NCBI GenBank assembly: GCA_034111105.1
Contig: JAWUXY010000047.1
Location: 3,519 to 35,518, forward strand
Origin: Bermanella sp.
GTDB lineage: Bacteria > Pseudomonadota > Gammaproteobacteria > Pseudomonadales > Oceanobacteraceae
Direction: 5' to 3'
Length of the DNA stretch: 32,000 bases
Shown here piece by piece: positions 19,842-27,574 of this stretch. The translations under genes and the position numbers were made by a program. Numbering within the stretch: position 1 is the stretch's first letter; the number at the start of each line of letters is the position of its first letter. Under the pieces are notes generated by a model that ran no database searches, had not been told where the DNA came from, and worked only from the letters and a program-made list of their open reading frames with translations.

Positions 19842-21573
19842 TGTTCACCCATTTCTTAAATGCTTGCGCCACTCTGGCAGGATCTTCAGCAATGAGTCCT
19901 TTCAGCGCATCTAGCTGACGTTCAAACCCTTCACTGGCACCAGGTAGTAAAAATTCATCCGCTCCTGCCAAGGTAACTTTATCGTCACCAAAGAGATCAT
20001 CGCCGCTACCAAGGTCGTCCAGTTCTCCTTCGATTTCAGCGTTCTCATCCATTTTGCCCCTGTCGATAAGGTTGCGCACAATGGGACGAATCACACCAAA
20101 AATAACAATTAATAAGAATAAACCAGCCAGTGCTTGTTTGACGATTTCCCAGAACCAAGGTTGACGCCAGAAGTCAGGTTCACCCAATTCTTGCGGACCA
20201 CCCAAGAATGCGCTGTTTATCACACTGACGCTGTCACCGCGTGCCGCATTAAAACCAACAGCATCTTTCACTAACATTTCTAAACGCGATAATTCTTCGG
20301 CAGTCCAAGTCACCGCTTCTGTTGCACCCGTTTCCGGATTCATACGCGCACGATCATTAACCGCGACGGAGACGGTAACACGGCGGATTTTGCCTACCTG
20401 ATGTTGAGTATGACTCAAAGTACGATCAACTTCATAGTTCCGTGTGGCTTCGCTGCGACGCTGGGTCGGCTGAGGTTTTTCACCATCTGCCCCTTCAGCC
20501 ACCTCTGGCGCCTCTGCTACGCCTGGAGGTTGATTTGTTAATGCTCCAGGGATGCCGCCCTCAACTTTATTTAGACTTTCTTCGTCTAAGGTTTGCTCGC
20601 TACGAAGGGCTATTAAGTCTGGATTGTAGAGTTCTTGTGTTTGTTCGACCGCGGTAAAGTCTAAATCGGCACTGACTTCGGCTTGAAAATTTTGCGACCC
20701 TAAAACCGGTTCTAAAATACGCTGTACGCGTTGATTTAAATTTTCTTCAAGTTTGCGTGTAAATTCGTATTGCTTAGCCGCTAATAAATCTTCAGTATTT
20801 TTATCGTCTTTACTCAGCAAGTTGCCTTTTTGATCCACTAGGGTGACGTTTTCCACTGGCAATTCAGGAATACTGCTGGCCACTAAATTTATAATGGCTT
20901 CTGCTTGTGCTTGCTTGAGACCCTTGCCGCCATATATCTCTAAAAAAACGGATGCTCTTGGTTCTCGATCATCTCGTACAAACACGGATTGCTTAGGTAA
21001 TGCTAAGTGTACACGTGCATTTCGCACACTCTGTAAGCTCGAAATTGTCCGCGCTAATTCCCCTTCAAGACCACGACGATAACGAGCGCTTTCGATAAAC
21101 TGACTGGTACCTAAACCCTGCTCTTTATCTAATAATTCTAAACCTGTGGAATCGTCGATATCTGCTAACACGGGCGCAAGGGCCAAGCGAGCTTCGTGAA
21201 TATCAGATTCAGGAACCGTAACAATGCCTGACGTTGGGTTAATGCGATAATCAATGCCGGTTTGATCAAGTATGCTTAAAATTTCTCTAGCATTAAAATC
21301 TTCAAGGTTGCTAATTAACGGCCTATATTGTGTTTCTTGAGACCAAACAACAACACCAATCCCCAATGCGAGTAAACCTGCAAACCCAACAAGTAAAGCC
21401 ACTTGCCTTACAATCGTAAGCTTATTAAAGCCCATCATAACTGGGTTTATTTCACTGGCATCCATGGCATCCGGCAGTGAGTCATTTAAACTCTCTGCTG
21501 GGTCAGTCATATTGGGATCTGACTGAGCTGGGAAGTTTTCCCCTGTTTCTGCCGGAACGTTGTCTGTTGCCAT
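19828..21573 (-). CDS. fliF: Flagellar M-ring protein FliF
   Basis: YRPLISNLEDFNAREILSILDQTGIDYRIN, SVFLEIYGGKGLKQAQAEAIINLVASSIPEL, two TM segments. Confidence 0.96.
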   Translation of the reverse strand: MATDNVPAETGENFPAQSDPNMTDPAESLNDSLPDAMDASEINPVMMGFNKLTIVRQVALLVGFAGLLALGIGVVVWSQETQYRPLISNLEDFNAREILSILDQTGIDYRINPTSGIVTVPESDIHEARLALAPVLADIDDSTGLELLDKEQGLGTSQFIESARYRRGLEGELARTISSLQSVRNARVHLALPKQSVFVRDDREPRASVFLEIYGGKGLKQAQAEAIINLVASSIPELPVENVTLVDQKGNLLSKDDKNTEDLLAAKQYEFTRKLEENLNQRVQRILEPVLGSQNFQAEVSADLDFTAVEQTQELYNPDLIALRSEQTLDEESLNKVEGGIPGALTNQPPGVAEAPEVAEGADGEKPQPTQRRSEATRNYEVDRTLSHTQHQVGKIRRVTVSVAVNDRARMNPETGATEAVTWTAEELSRLEMLVKDAVGFNAARGDSVSVINSAFLGGPQELGEPDFWRQPWFWEIVKQALAGLFLLIVIFGVIRPIVRNLIDRGKMDENAEIEGELDDLGSGDDLFGDDKVTLAGADEFLLPGASEGFERQLDALKGLIAEDPARVAQAFKKWVNNAEG

Positions 21574-21638
21574 GATAATGTAACCTTAACTACGGTTGTC
21601 TATAAAATAAAAACCTGGCTTAAATAAAAATGACACAC

Positions 21639-22034
21639 CTAAACGGGCATATTCATAATGTCTTTGTAAGCATCTACAAGCTTATTGCGGACTTCTTTCA
21701 TGGCATCAAATGATACGCTGGCTTTTTGCGCGGCAATCATGACTTCGGGTAAATCCACCATTGGATCACCTTTCTCAAAACGAGTACGCAGTTCTGAACT
21801 TTGTTTTTGTTGCTCATTAACACTATTAATGGCATTACCAAACATGGTTTGAAAGTCCGGAACATTCGGATCTGCTTTGATATTGGGATAATTTTGACTT
21901 TGGTTTTGTAACTTATCGACTTCTTGTGTCAATCGATCCGCTGCGGATAAGTCCGTTTGGTTAGGCTCTTGTATTTGAGAGCGTACTTGGCGCAATTGTG
22001 ATAGGACACTGTTTATGTCTGCTCTATCAACCAT
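21639..22034 (-). CDS. fliE: Flagellar hook-basal body protein FliE
   Basis: C-terminal [38 protein letters not shown]; upstream of fliF; RBS GAGGTGA. Confidence 0.93.
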   Translation of the reverse strand: MVDRADINSVLSQLRQVRSQIQEPNQTDLSAADRLTQEVDKLQNQSQNYPNIKADPNVPDFQTMFGNAINSVNEQQKQSSELRTRFEKGDPMVDLPEVMIAAQKASVSFDAMKEVRNKLVDAYKDIMNMPV

Positions 22035-22059
22035 GTTTCACCTCATTCATTAGTTTGCC

Positions 22060-22080
22060 AAAAAAATGCCATCCGTTGGC
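22060..22080 (-). terminator. Intrinsic terminator candidate between fleR and fliE: TGCCA-ACGGA-TGGCA-TTTTTTT
   Basis: Minus-strand stem of 5 bp (4 bp core GCCA/TGGC) followed by a run of seven T. Confidence 0.5.
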
Positions 22081-22147
22081 AGCTTCCCTGCCTTAACGTC
22101 CCTGTTAGACGTCTTCCTGACATTTTTTCCATTCGTATGTGTTAATT

Positions 22148-22163
22148 GCATAACACAGGCCAA
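22148..22163 (-). promoter_or_regulatory. Candidate sigma-54 promoter upstream of fliE: TTGGCCTGTGTTATGC
   Basis: GG-N10-GC spacing on the minus strand, in the fleR-fliE gap. Confidence 0.55.
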
Positions 22164-22186
22164 GTTAAAGTTTGTTTTGTTACTGA

Positions 22187-23593
22187 CTAAAACATTAAAT
22201 TGGCTTGAATATCGATGCCTTGCTCACGCATTTGAGCCATTTTATATCGTAATGTACGTGGGCTAATGCCCAGTTTTTCAGCGGCTCTTTTTTTATTTTT
22301 TTCATGCTTTAGAGCATCTAAAATTAAGGTATATTCGCGTTGTTTTAAATTATCACCTAACCCATCAGCCGGTACATTAGTAGCCATTACAGGCTCTGAG
22401 GGAATGGCCATATCTAGGCCTTGAAACGGACTCGCTTGAAGCGGTTGCATGTGTGTTTCTGATTCGACATTCAATACAATATCACTGGCTGTAATACTGT
22501 GGCCGGTTTGAATGATAAGCGCTCGCTGAATAACGTTATCTAATTCTCGAACGTTCCCTGGCCAACTATGTTGCTGTAATTTTTGCTGTGCACTTTCATC
22601 AAAAATAAGTGTCGATTTATTTTGTTTTTTACAATGTTTGTGCAGTAAACGCTCAGCAATAGGCAATAAGTCCTGCTGGCGCTGACGTAATGATTTCCAT
22701 TGCAATGGAAATACGCTCAAACGATAATATAAATCCTCACGGAATTTTTTTTCGTTCACGTATTCGATTAAATTACGATTGGTGGTTGCTAAAATGCGAA
22801 CATCTAATGAAATCACCTTACGCCCACCTAAGCGCTCCACTTCTCGTTCTTGTAGCACACGTAATAATTTTGCTTGTAGGCCAATTTCCATTTCACTGAT
22901 TTCATCTAACAGTAATGTACCGCCTTGAGCCTGCTCAAATTTTCCTGGCATACTATTATAAGCACCGGTGAATGCACCTTTTTCGTAACCAAATAACGTG
23001 GATTCCAACATATTTTCAGGAATAGCAGCACAATTAATTGCAATAAATGGCCCGCTCTTTCGTGGACTATTTTGATGAATATAACGTGCTAATACTTCTT
23101 TACCTGTACCGCTTTCACCGCTAATTAAAACGGTTGCTTCACTGCCGGCAACTTGTTTCGCGAGTTTTAATAACGCTCGACTAGAAGGGTCTTGTGCAAC
23201 CGGTTCATTGCTTTTAGTTTGATCACTGGATTGATGACGAAATTGATTCACGGTTTCAACTAATACACTGACTTCAAATGGCTTAACCAGATAATCCATC
23301 GCACCCTGCTGAATAGCCTGTACCGCTTTTTCAACTTCACCAAACGCCGTCATTAAAACCATAGGAATAGATGGGTACTGACTCTTCACATGATTGAGTA
23401 AATCAAAGCCAGATAATGCCCCCATACTGATATCCGATAAAATCATATCGACTGACTGCTTTTGCAAAAATACCATAGCGTCTTCAGCACTACTGGCTTC
23501 GAACGTTTGTATTTTTTGTAATTGCAGAGTATCAACAATCGCATCACGCAATTGGCTATCATCCTCAACTATCAGCATTTTAAATTGATTCAC
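22187..23593 (-). CDS. fleR: Sigma-54 dependent two-component response regulator FleR/FlrC
   Basis: REC (MLIVEDDSQLRDAI...DMILSDISMG), AAA+ ([24 protein letters not shown]), Fis-type HTH. The track start (23665) lies well inside fleS; the GTG at 23593 (VNQFKMLIVEDD) with GGAG upstream is more plausible. Confidence 0.92.
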   Translation of the reverse strand: MNQFKMLIVEDDSQLRDAIVDTLQLQKIQTFEASSAEDAMVFLQKQSVDMILSDISMGALSGFDLLNHVKSQYPSIPMVLMTAFGEVEKAVQAIQQGAMDYLVKPFEVSVLVETVNQFRHQSSDQTKSNEPVAQDPSSRALLKLAKQVAGSEATVLISGESGTGKEVLARYIHQNSPRKSGPFIAINCAAIPENMLESTLFGYEKGAFTGAYNSMPGKFEQAQGGTLLLDEISEMEIGLQAKLLRVLQEREVERLGGRKVISLDVRILATTNRNLIEYVNEKKFREDLYYRLSVFPLQWKSLRQRQQDLLPIAERLLHKHCKKQNKSTLIFDESAQQKLQQHSWPGNVRELDNVIQRALIIQTGHSITASDIVLNVESETHMQPLQASPFQGLDMAIPSEPVMATNVPADGLGDNLKQREYTLILDALKHEKNKKRAAEKLGISPRTLRYKMAQMREQGIDIQANLMF

Positions 23594-24794
23594 GGCCCAT
23601 CTCCTTTTTAACTGCTTGATGGCTAATAGGCAGCGACATAACAAAACATGCGCCACCTTGTTCATGATTAAAGAAATTCAATTTCCCATAATGGGCACGC
23701 ACAACCGCATTGACCACTGGCAAACCTAAGCCTGTTCCATTACTTTTGGTTGTATAAAACGGTTCAGTCATTTTTTCTGATTCATCGGCATTTAGACCTG
23801 GACCATTATCACAAACAGATATGGTTAAATAATTATTTTTTTGAATAATGTGGACACGTATTCTGGCTTGCACTGTGTGCTCTTCAGCGGCTTCAATTCC
23901 GTTTGATATAAGGTTTTGAATCGCGCCAATCAAACTTTCTTGATGACATTGAATCTGGCATTCTGAATATTCACTACTGATTTCAATTTCAGCTTGAAAC
24001 TGTTTATGCAGGATATTTTTTGCCTCACAAATTAATTTTATTAAATCATTTTGCTTGAGCAACTTATTCAATGGCGCGCTACCACGAGCAAAAATCAACA
24101 TATCACGCACCTGAGCTTCAATATTTTTTAATTGACGCCCTAACTTCTTAGAAAATTTAATACGAGTCTGCGGATCCAAGTCATTACTAGCTAAGTGCTG
24201 ACTGTACAACATGGCGCCAGATAGTGGCGTACGTACTTGATGAGCGAGACTGGCTACCATTTTCCCCATAGCCATTAAACGCTGGTGTCGTGCCAGTTTT
24301 GCTTGTAAGTCACGGGTTTCTGTTTGGTCTGTCATTAATACAATTTGGCCCGGTTCATTTTCTAAACCAGAAGTCTGGATACTTAGACGTCTGCCATTAA
24401 TTAATGATACTTCGTGGCCATCATCTTCGCGGGGGCGAAAATATTGATTAATCACATTTCGCCAAAGCTGTCCTTGCAACCCTTCATGATGCAACATGGC
24501 ATGGGCAGCACGATTACTTTCTTGAACTCGACCATTGCCGTCAAGCACCACGACACCACCCGGTAATAATTGCAATAGGCTGTGCAGTCTATTCGCTAGG
24601 CGTTCTTTTTCTTTTAACTCTTTCATGCGTGCTGCACTGACTTCTGCAAGCTCACCCGATAAAAGATGAACCTGACTTTCTAACTTGCTATAACTGTCAG
24701 TAAGTTGTTCCGACATTTGATTAAAGAGTTCAAATGCTTGACGTAACCCTTCTTTGGGTTGTATTTCGTGAGGACTCTCAATGTAAGACGTCAT
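23580..24794 (-). CDS. fleS: Sensor histidine kinase FleS/FlrB (PAS + HisKA + HATPase)
   Basis: MASLAHQVRTPLSGAMLYSQHL H-box and HATPase GNGLGLPVVN...; directly upstream of fleR. The track start at 24827 is TTG; the ATG at 24794 has GGAG upstream. Confidence 0.9.
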   Translation of the reverse strand: MTSYIESPHEIQPKEGLRQAFELFNQMSEQLTDSYSKLESQVHLLSGELAEVSAARMKELKEKERLANRLHSLLQLLPGGVVVLDGNGRVQESNRAAHAMLHHEGLQGQLWRNVINQYFRPREDDGHEVSLINGRRLSIQTSGLENEPGQIVLMTDQTETRDLQAKLARHQRLMAMGKMVASLAHQVRTPLSGAMLYSQHLASNDLDPQTRIKFSKKLGRQLKNIEAQVRDMLIFARGSAPLNKLLKQNDLIKLICEAKNILHKQFQAEIEISSEYSECQIQCHQESLIGAIQNLISNGIEAAEEHTVQARIRVHIIQKNNYLTISVCDNGPGLNADESEKMTEPFYTTKSNGTGLGLPVVNAVVRAHYGKLNFFNHEQGGACFVMSLPISHQAVKKEMGRESI

Positions 24795-24862
24795 ATACTC
24801 CACACCTAAACGTGTTAATGAAGCCAAATAAATGGCTAAATAAGCTTTCTATAGTGGTAATG

Positions 24863-24878
24863 GCAATTTGCGTGCCGC
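24863..24878 (-). promoter_or_regulatory. Candidate sigma-54 promoter for fleS-fleR: GCGGCACGCAAATTGC
   Basis: cGGCACG-N4-TTGC with exact GG-N10-GC spacing, 36-70 nt upstream of the two possible fleS starts. Confidence 0.8.
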
Positions 24879-24951
24879 ATCACATTTTTATAATGACGCA
24901 GTATATAAAGAGAATGGTTAAGCTAAGGTGGGTATTAAAAATAGAATATTG

Positions 24952-24965
24952 GTCAATTTAATAAG
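24952..24965 (-). promoter_or_regulatory. FleQ-box-like sequence upstream of fleS: CTTATTAAATTGAC
   Basis: 11 of 13 defined positions match the recalled FleQ consensus GTCANTAAATTGAC. Confidence 0.45.
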
Positions 24966-24987
24966 AGAAACGTCGTTTGTTAGATAT

Positions 24988-25013
24988 AAAAAAAGCCCTT
25001 TCGGGCTTTTTTT
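24988..25013 (-). terminator. Intrinsic terminator after fleQ: AAAAAAAGCCCGAAAGGGCTTTTTTT
   Basis: GCCC/GGGC stem extended by A/T pairs with a tight loop and T-run, ~20 nt after the fleQ stop. Confidence 0.9.
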
Positions 25014-25033
25014 ATTCTCGCTCGTTAGCGAAA

Positions 25034-26506
25034 TTAATCGTCAAATTCTTCTGCGTGCTCTTTTTCTTTTCGCTGTAAGCCATATTTACGCATCTTCTCA
25101 ACTAACGTTGTACGGCGTATTTTTAATTTTTCAGCGGCTCTGGCGACAACACCGCAAGCATCATCAAGTGCTTGTTGAATTAATGAGCGTTCTAAGTTAG
25201 TCAGATAATCTTTTAAATCAATACCGTTTACCGGTAACAATGCAGGAGTATCTAACCCAACAAGACCTGGTTCGCTAGGAAGCATAACCGGTTCTTGCAT
25301 GCGACTTTCATCTTCGTCACCTTCATCAACATGGCGGAATTTTTTCGGCAGTTCTGGTACACCAATCACACCATAAGGATGTAAGATCGCTAAGCGTTCA
25401 ACTAAGTTGGCCAGTTCGCGTACGTTTCCATGCCAATCATGCCGACACAGGGACATGATCGCAGCACTATTAAAACGAATAGAACCGCGTTTTTCATTTT
25501 CCATACGAGAGATTAATTCGTTTAACAAAAGCGGGATATCTTCACGACGATCACGTAACGCGGGTACTTCGACCGGAAAAACGTTTAGTCGATAATATAA
25601 ATCTTCACGGAAGGTTTCATCTGCGACCATGGCTTCAAGATTTTTATGCGTTGCTGCGATAATACGTACATCTGTTTGTAATGTTTTAGTACCGCCAACA
25701 CGCTCATAGGTACGCTCTTGTAAAACTCGTAATAACTTTACTTGCATATTGAGCGGTAAATCACCTATTTCATCTAAGAAAAGCGTACCGCCTTCAGCCA
25801 TTTCAAAACGACCACTGCGAGATGTAATGGCCCCTGTGAATGCGCCTTTCTCATGACCAAACAATTCGCTTTCTATTAATTCATTTGGGATAGCGCCACA
25901 GTTAACTGGAACAAAGGGGCCATCACGACGACCACTGTGATAATGTAAATTGCGCGCAACCACTTCCTTACCTGTACCGCTTTCACCTGTAATTAAAACC
26001 GTTACACTCTTATCAGCCACTTGATGCATTAATTCTCGCACATATTGAATTTGGCGACTGGTTCCTACCAATGAGCGAAATAATTGAACAGGGCGGCGTT
26101 CACCACGAACGCGATTATGAGCAAAATGTTCACGGTAAATTTGTGCTCGGTGCAAACTATCTAAAAGTTTATTGTAACTGGGGGGCATGCTCACATGAGC
26201 AATAATAGAACGGCGTACATCATCGGGTAAATCGGAAGGAAGCTCCTCATCACCCACATAAATCATGGGCATGCCTTTGTCCCATTCATTTATTTCTTTG
26301 AGTAACGTATCTAATGATGTCTTTTCAGAGCTGCCAATTATGAAGGCAACAATATTAGAGACATCGCCATTACTAGTTGCAACATCGCGCCAATTCGATG
26401 TTTTGCTGCTAAATGACTCTTCACCTAAAAAATCAAGCAATACTTGCATGTCATGTTGACGTTGCTCGTTATCATCCACCAACAGGACTTTAATTTCTCG
26501 CCACAT
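25034..26506 (-). CDS. fleQ: Flagellar master regulator FleQ/FlrA (sigma-54 activator)
   Basis: FleQ-type N-terminus ([24 protein letters not shown]), AAA+ [53 protein letters not shown], Fis HTH; adjacent to fleS-fleR. Confidence 0.92.
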   Translation of the reverse strand: MWREIKVLLVDDNEQRQHDMQVLLDFLGEESFSSKTSNWRDVATSNGDVSNIVAFIIGSSEKTSLDTLLKEINEWDKGMPMIYVGDEELPSDLPDDVRRSIIAHVSMPPSYNKLLDSLHRAQIYREHFAHNRVRGERRPVQLFRSLVGTSRQIQYVRELMHQVADKSVTVLITGESGTGKEVVARNLHYHSGRRDGPFVPVNCGAIPNELIESELFGHEKGAFTGAITSRSGRFEMAEGGTLFLDEIGDLPLNMQVKLLRVLQERTYERVGGTKTLQTDVRIIAATHKNLEAMVADETFREDLYYRLNVFPVEVPALRDRREDIPLLLNELISRMENEKRGSIRFNSAAIMSLCRHDWHGNVRELANLVERLAILHPYGVIGVPELPKKFRHVDEGDEDESRMQEPVMLPSEPGLVGLDTPALLPVNGIDLKDYLTNLERSLIQQALDDACGVVARAAEKLKIRRTTLVEKMRKYGLQRKEKEHAEEFDD

Positions 26507-26603
26507 GGTGCACCTTTACCCCAGTTTTTATTGACTTCATTTGGTCACAAACTCGTCGTTAATTTGACTAGTTTCTTCTAGTTAAGTTGATGAGGACGTT
26601 GCG

Positions 26604-26617
26604 GTCAAATAAATGAC
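26604..26617 (-). promoter_or_regulatory. FleQ-box-like sequence upstream of fleQ: GTCATTTATTTGAC
   Basis: 11 of 13 defined positions match the recalled FleQ consensus; GTCA/TGAC ends are symmetric. Confidence 0.4.
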
Positions 26618-26645
26618 GATAAAACTTTATTGTTATTATTTATAA

Positions 26646-26678
26646 GCAAAGTAAATGATATTTTGTCATTTACCTTGC
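26646..26678. repeat. 13-nt inverted repeat, one mismatch, 7-nt spacer, upstream of fleQ
   Basis: GCAAAGTAAATGA-TATTTTG-TCATTTACCTTGC read directly. Confidence 0.9.
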
Positions 26679-26782
26679 ATTAGCTTATTAGTGTCAAAAA
26701 AAATGAGATCTGTAAACCATTTTCTTCAATAGGTTCAAAATATTTTTCTAGCTAGTTAATTGTTTTTTAACTGTTTAATTCC

Positions 26783-26809
26783 TATAGCCCATATAATACG
26801 GGGGCTATA
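26783..26809. repeat. Perfect 8-bp inverted repeat TATAGCCC...GGGCTATA, 11-nt spacer
   Basis: Read directly; lies immediately beyond the fliS terminator. Confidence 0.9.
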
Positions 26810-26812
26810 ATA

Positions 26813-26836
26813 AAAAAGGCCTTGACGGCCCTTCTT
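26813..26836 (-). terminator. Intrinsic terminator after fliS: AAGGGCC-GTCAA-GGCCTTTTTTATT
   Basis: GGCC stem extended with A/T and one G-T pair plus T-run on the minus strand, 21 nt after the fliS stop. Confidence 0.8.
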
Positions 26837-26856
26837 AAAATATTGGCGAGTACTAA

Positions 26857-27306
26857 CTAGACTGACAAGTGATTTTGCTCAGGTGCTGGCTGCAATTTGC
26901 CTTGACCTTTAATCTCTTCATAGCTTGCACGAATGCCCTCCCAGCCGGTTTTCACCTCGGACAACAGTTCCATAACCTCATTTATGATCACGGCGTCGTT
27001 TTTAGTATTCGCTTCAAATAAGCGACGTGCCATATAATCATACAGGCGTTCCAGGTTAGCACTGATTTCACCACCCCTTTCATGATCCAGTGACTCTTGA
27101 AGCGCACAAATAATATCGATTGCACGTCCAATTTTTTCATTTTTTGCCGCATAATCTTTCTTTTCTATGTAGGTTTTTGCCATAGAAAGCCGAGTAAGTG
27201 CCCCTTCAAGTAATAGTTGAATTAGCTTGTGTGGATCAGCTTCCATCACTTCTGTTTGCAAGCTAACTTGACTGTATTCCTTTGCGCCTTTTGTATACAT
27301 ACTCAT
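26857..27306 (-). CDS. fliS: Flagellin export chaperone FliS
   Basis: MYTKGAKEYSQVSLQTEVMEADPHKLIQLLLEGALTRLSMAKTYIEKKDYAAKNEKIGRAIDIICALQESLD. Internal ATG at 27306 preferred over 27315. Confidence 0.93.
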   Translation of the reverse strand: MSMYTKGAKEYSQVSLQTEVMEADPHKLIQLLLEGALTRLSMAKTYIEKKDYAAKNEKIGRAIDIICALQESLDHERGGEISANLERLYDYMARRLFEANTKNDAVIINEVMELLSEVKTGWEGIRASYEEIKGQGKLQPAPEQNHLSV

Positions 27307-27507
27307 ACCCCTCAATTACTACATAAAGGTAAACGGCCTTTGTCTGAATATCTTTAATAATTATTTAAAATAGATTGATTTGGCATAGTAACACTACGCC
27401 ACAGCGGTACGATTTCCCACTAAAAGCGGCAAGCCTCTGCCCCTTTAAAACGGATCGAGTCCACACATAAAACACCTAACCAATTGAAATATAAGTAATA
27501 TTTTTCA

Positions 27508-27523
27508 TGGCACAGGGTGTGCT
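27508..27523 (+). promoter_or_regulatory. Candidate sigma-54 promoter for the plus-strand TPR-methyltransferase gene: TGGCACAGGGTGTGCT
   Basis: Perfect TGGCAC -24 element and GG-N10-GC spacing, ~50 nt upstream of the ATG at 27575. Confidence 0.65.
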
Positions 27524-27574
27524 TATAAGGAAATATCATAGCAATCGCTGTTATCGTAGCGAAAGGATTTACCC

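Noticed and set aside
23594-23665. N-terminal extension of FleR in the ORF track (MNKVAHVLLCRCLLAIKQLKRRWA)
   Set aside because: Lies wholly inside the fleS coding sequence, lacks FleR-like sequence, and a GTG with an RBS at 23593 gives a normal start.
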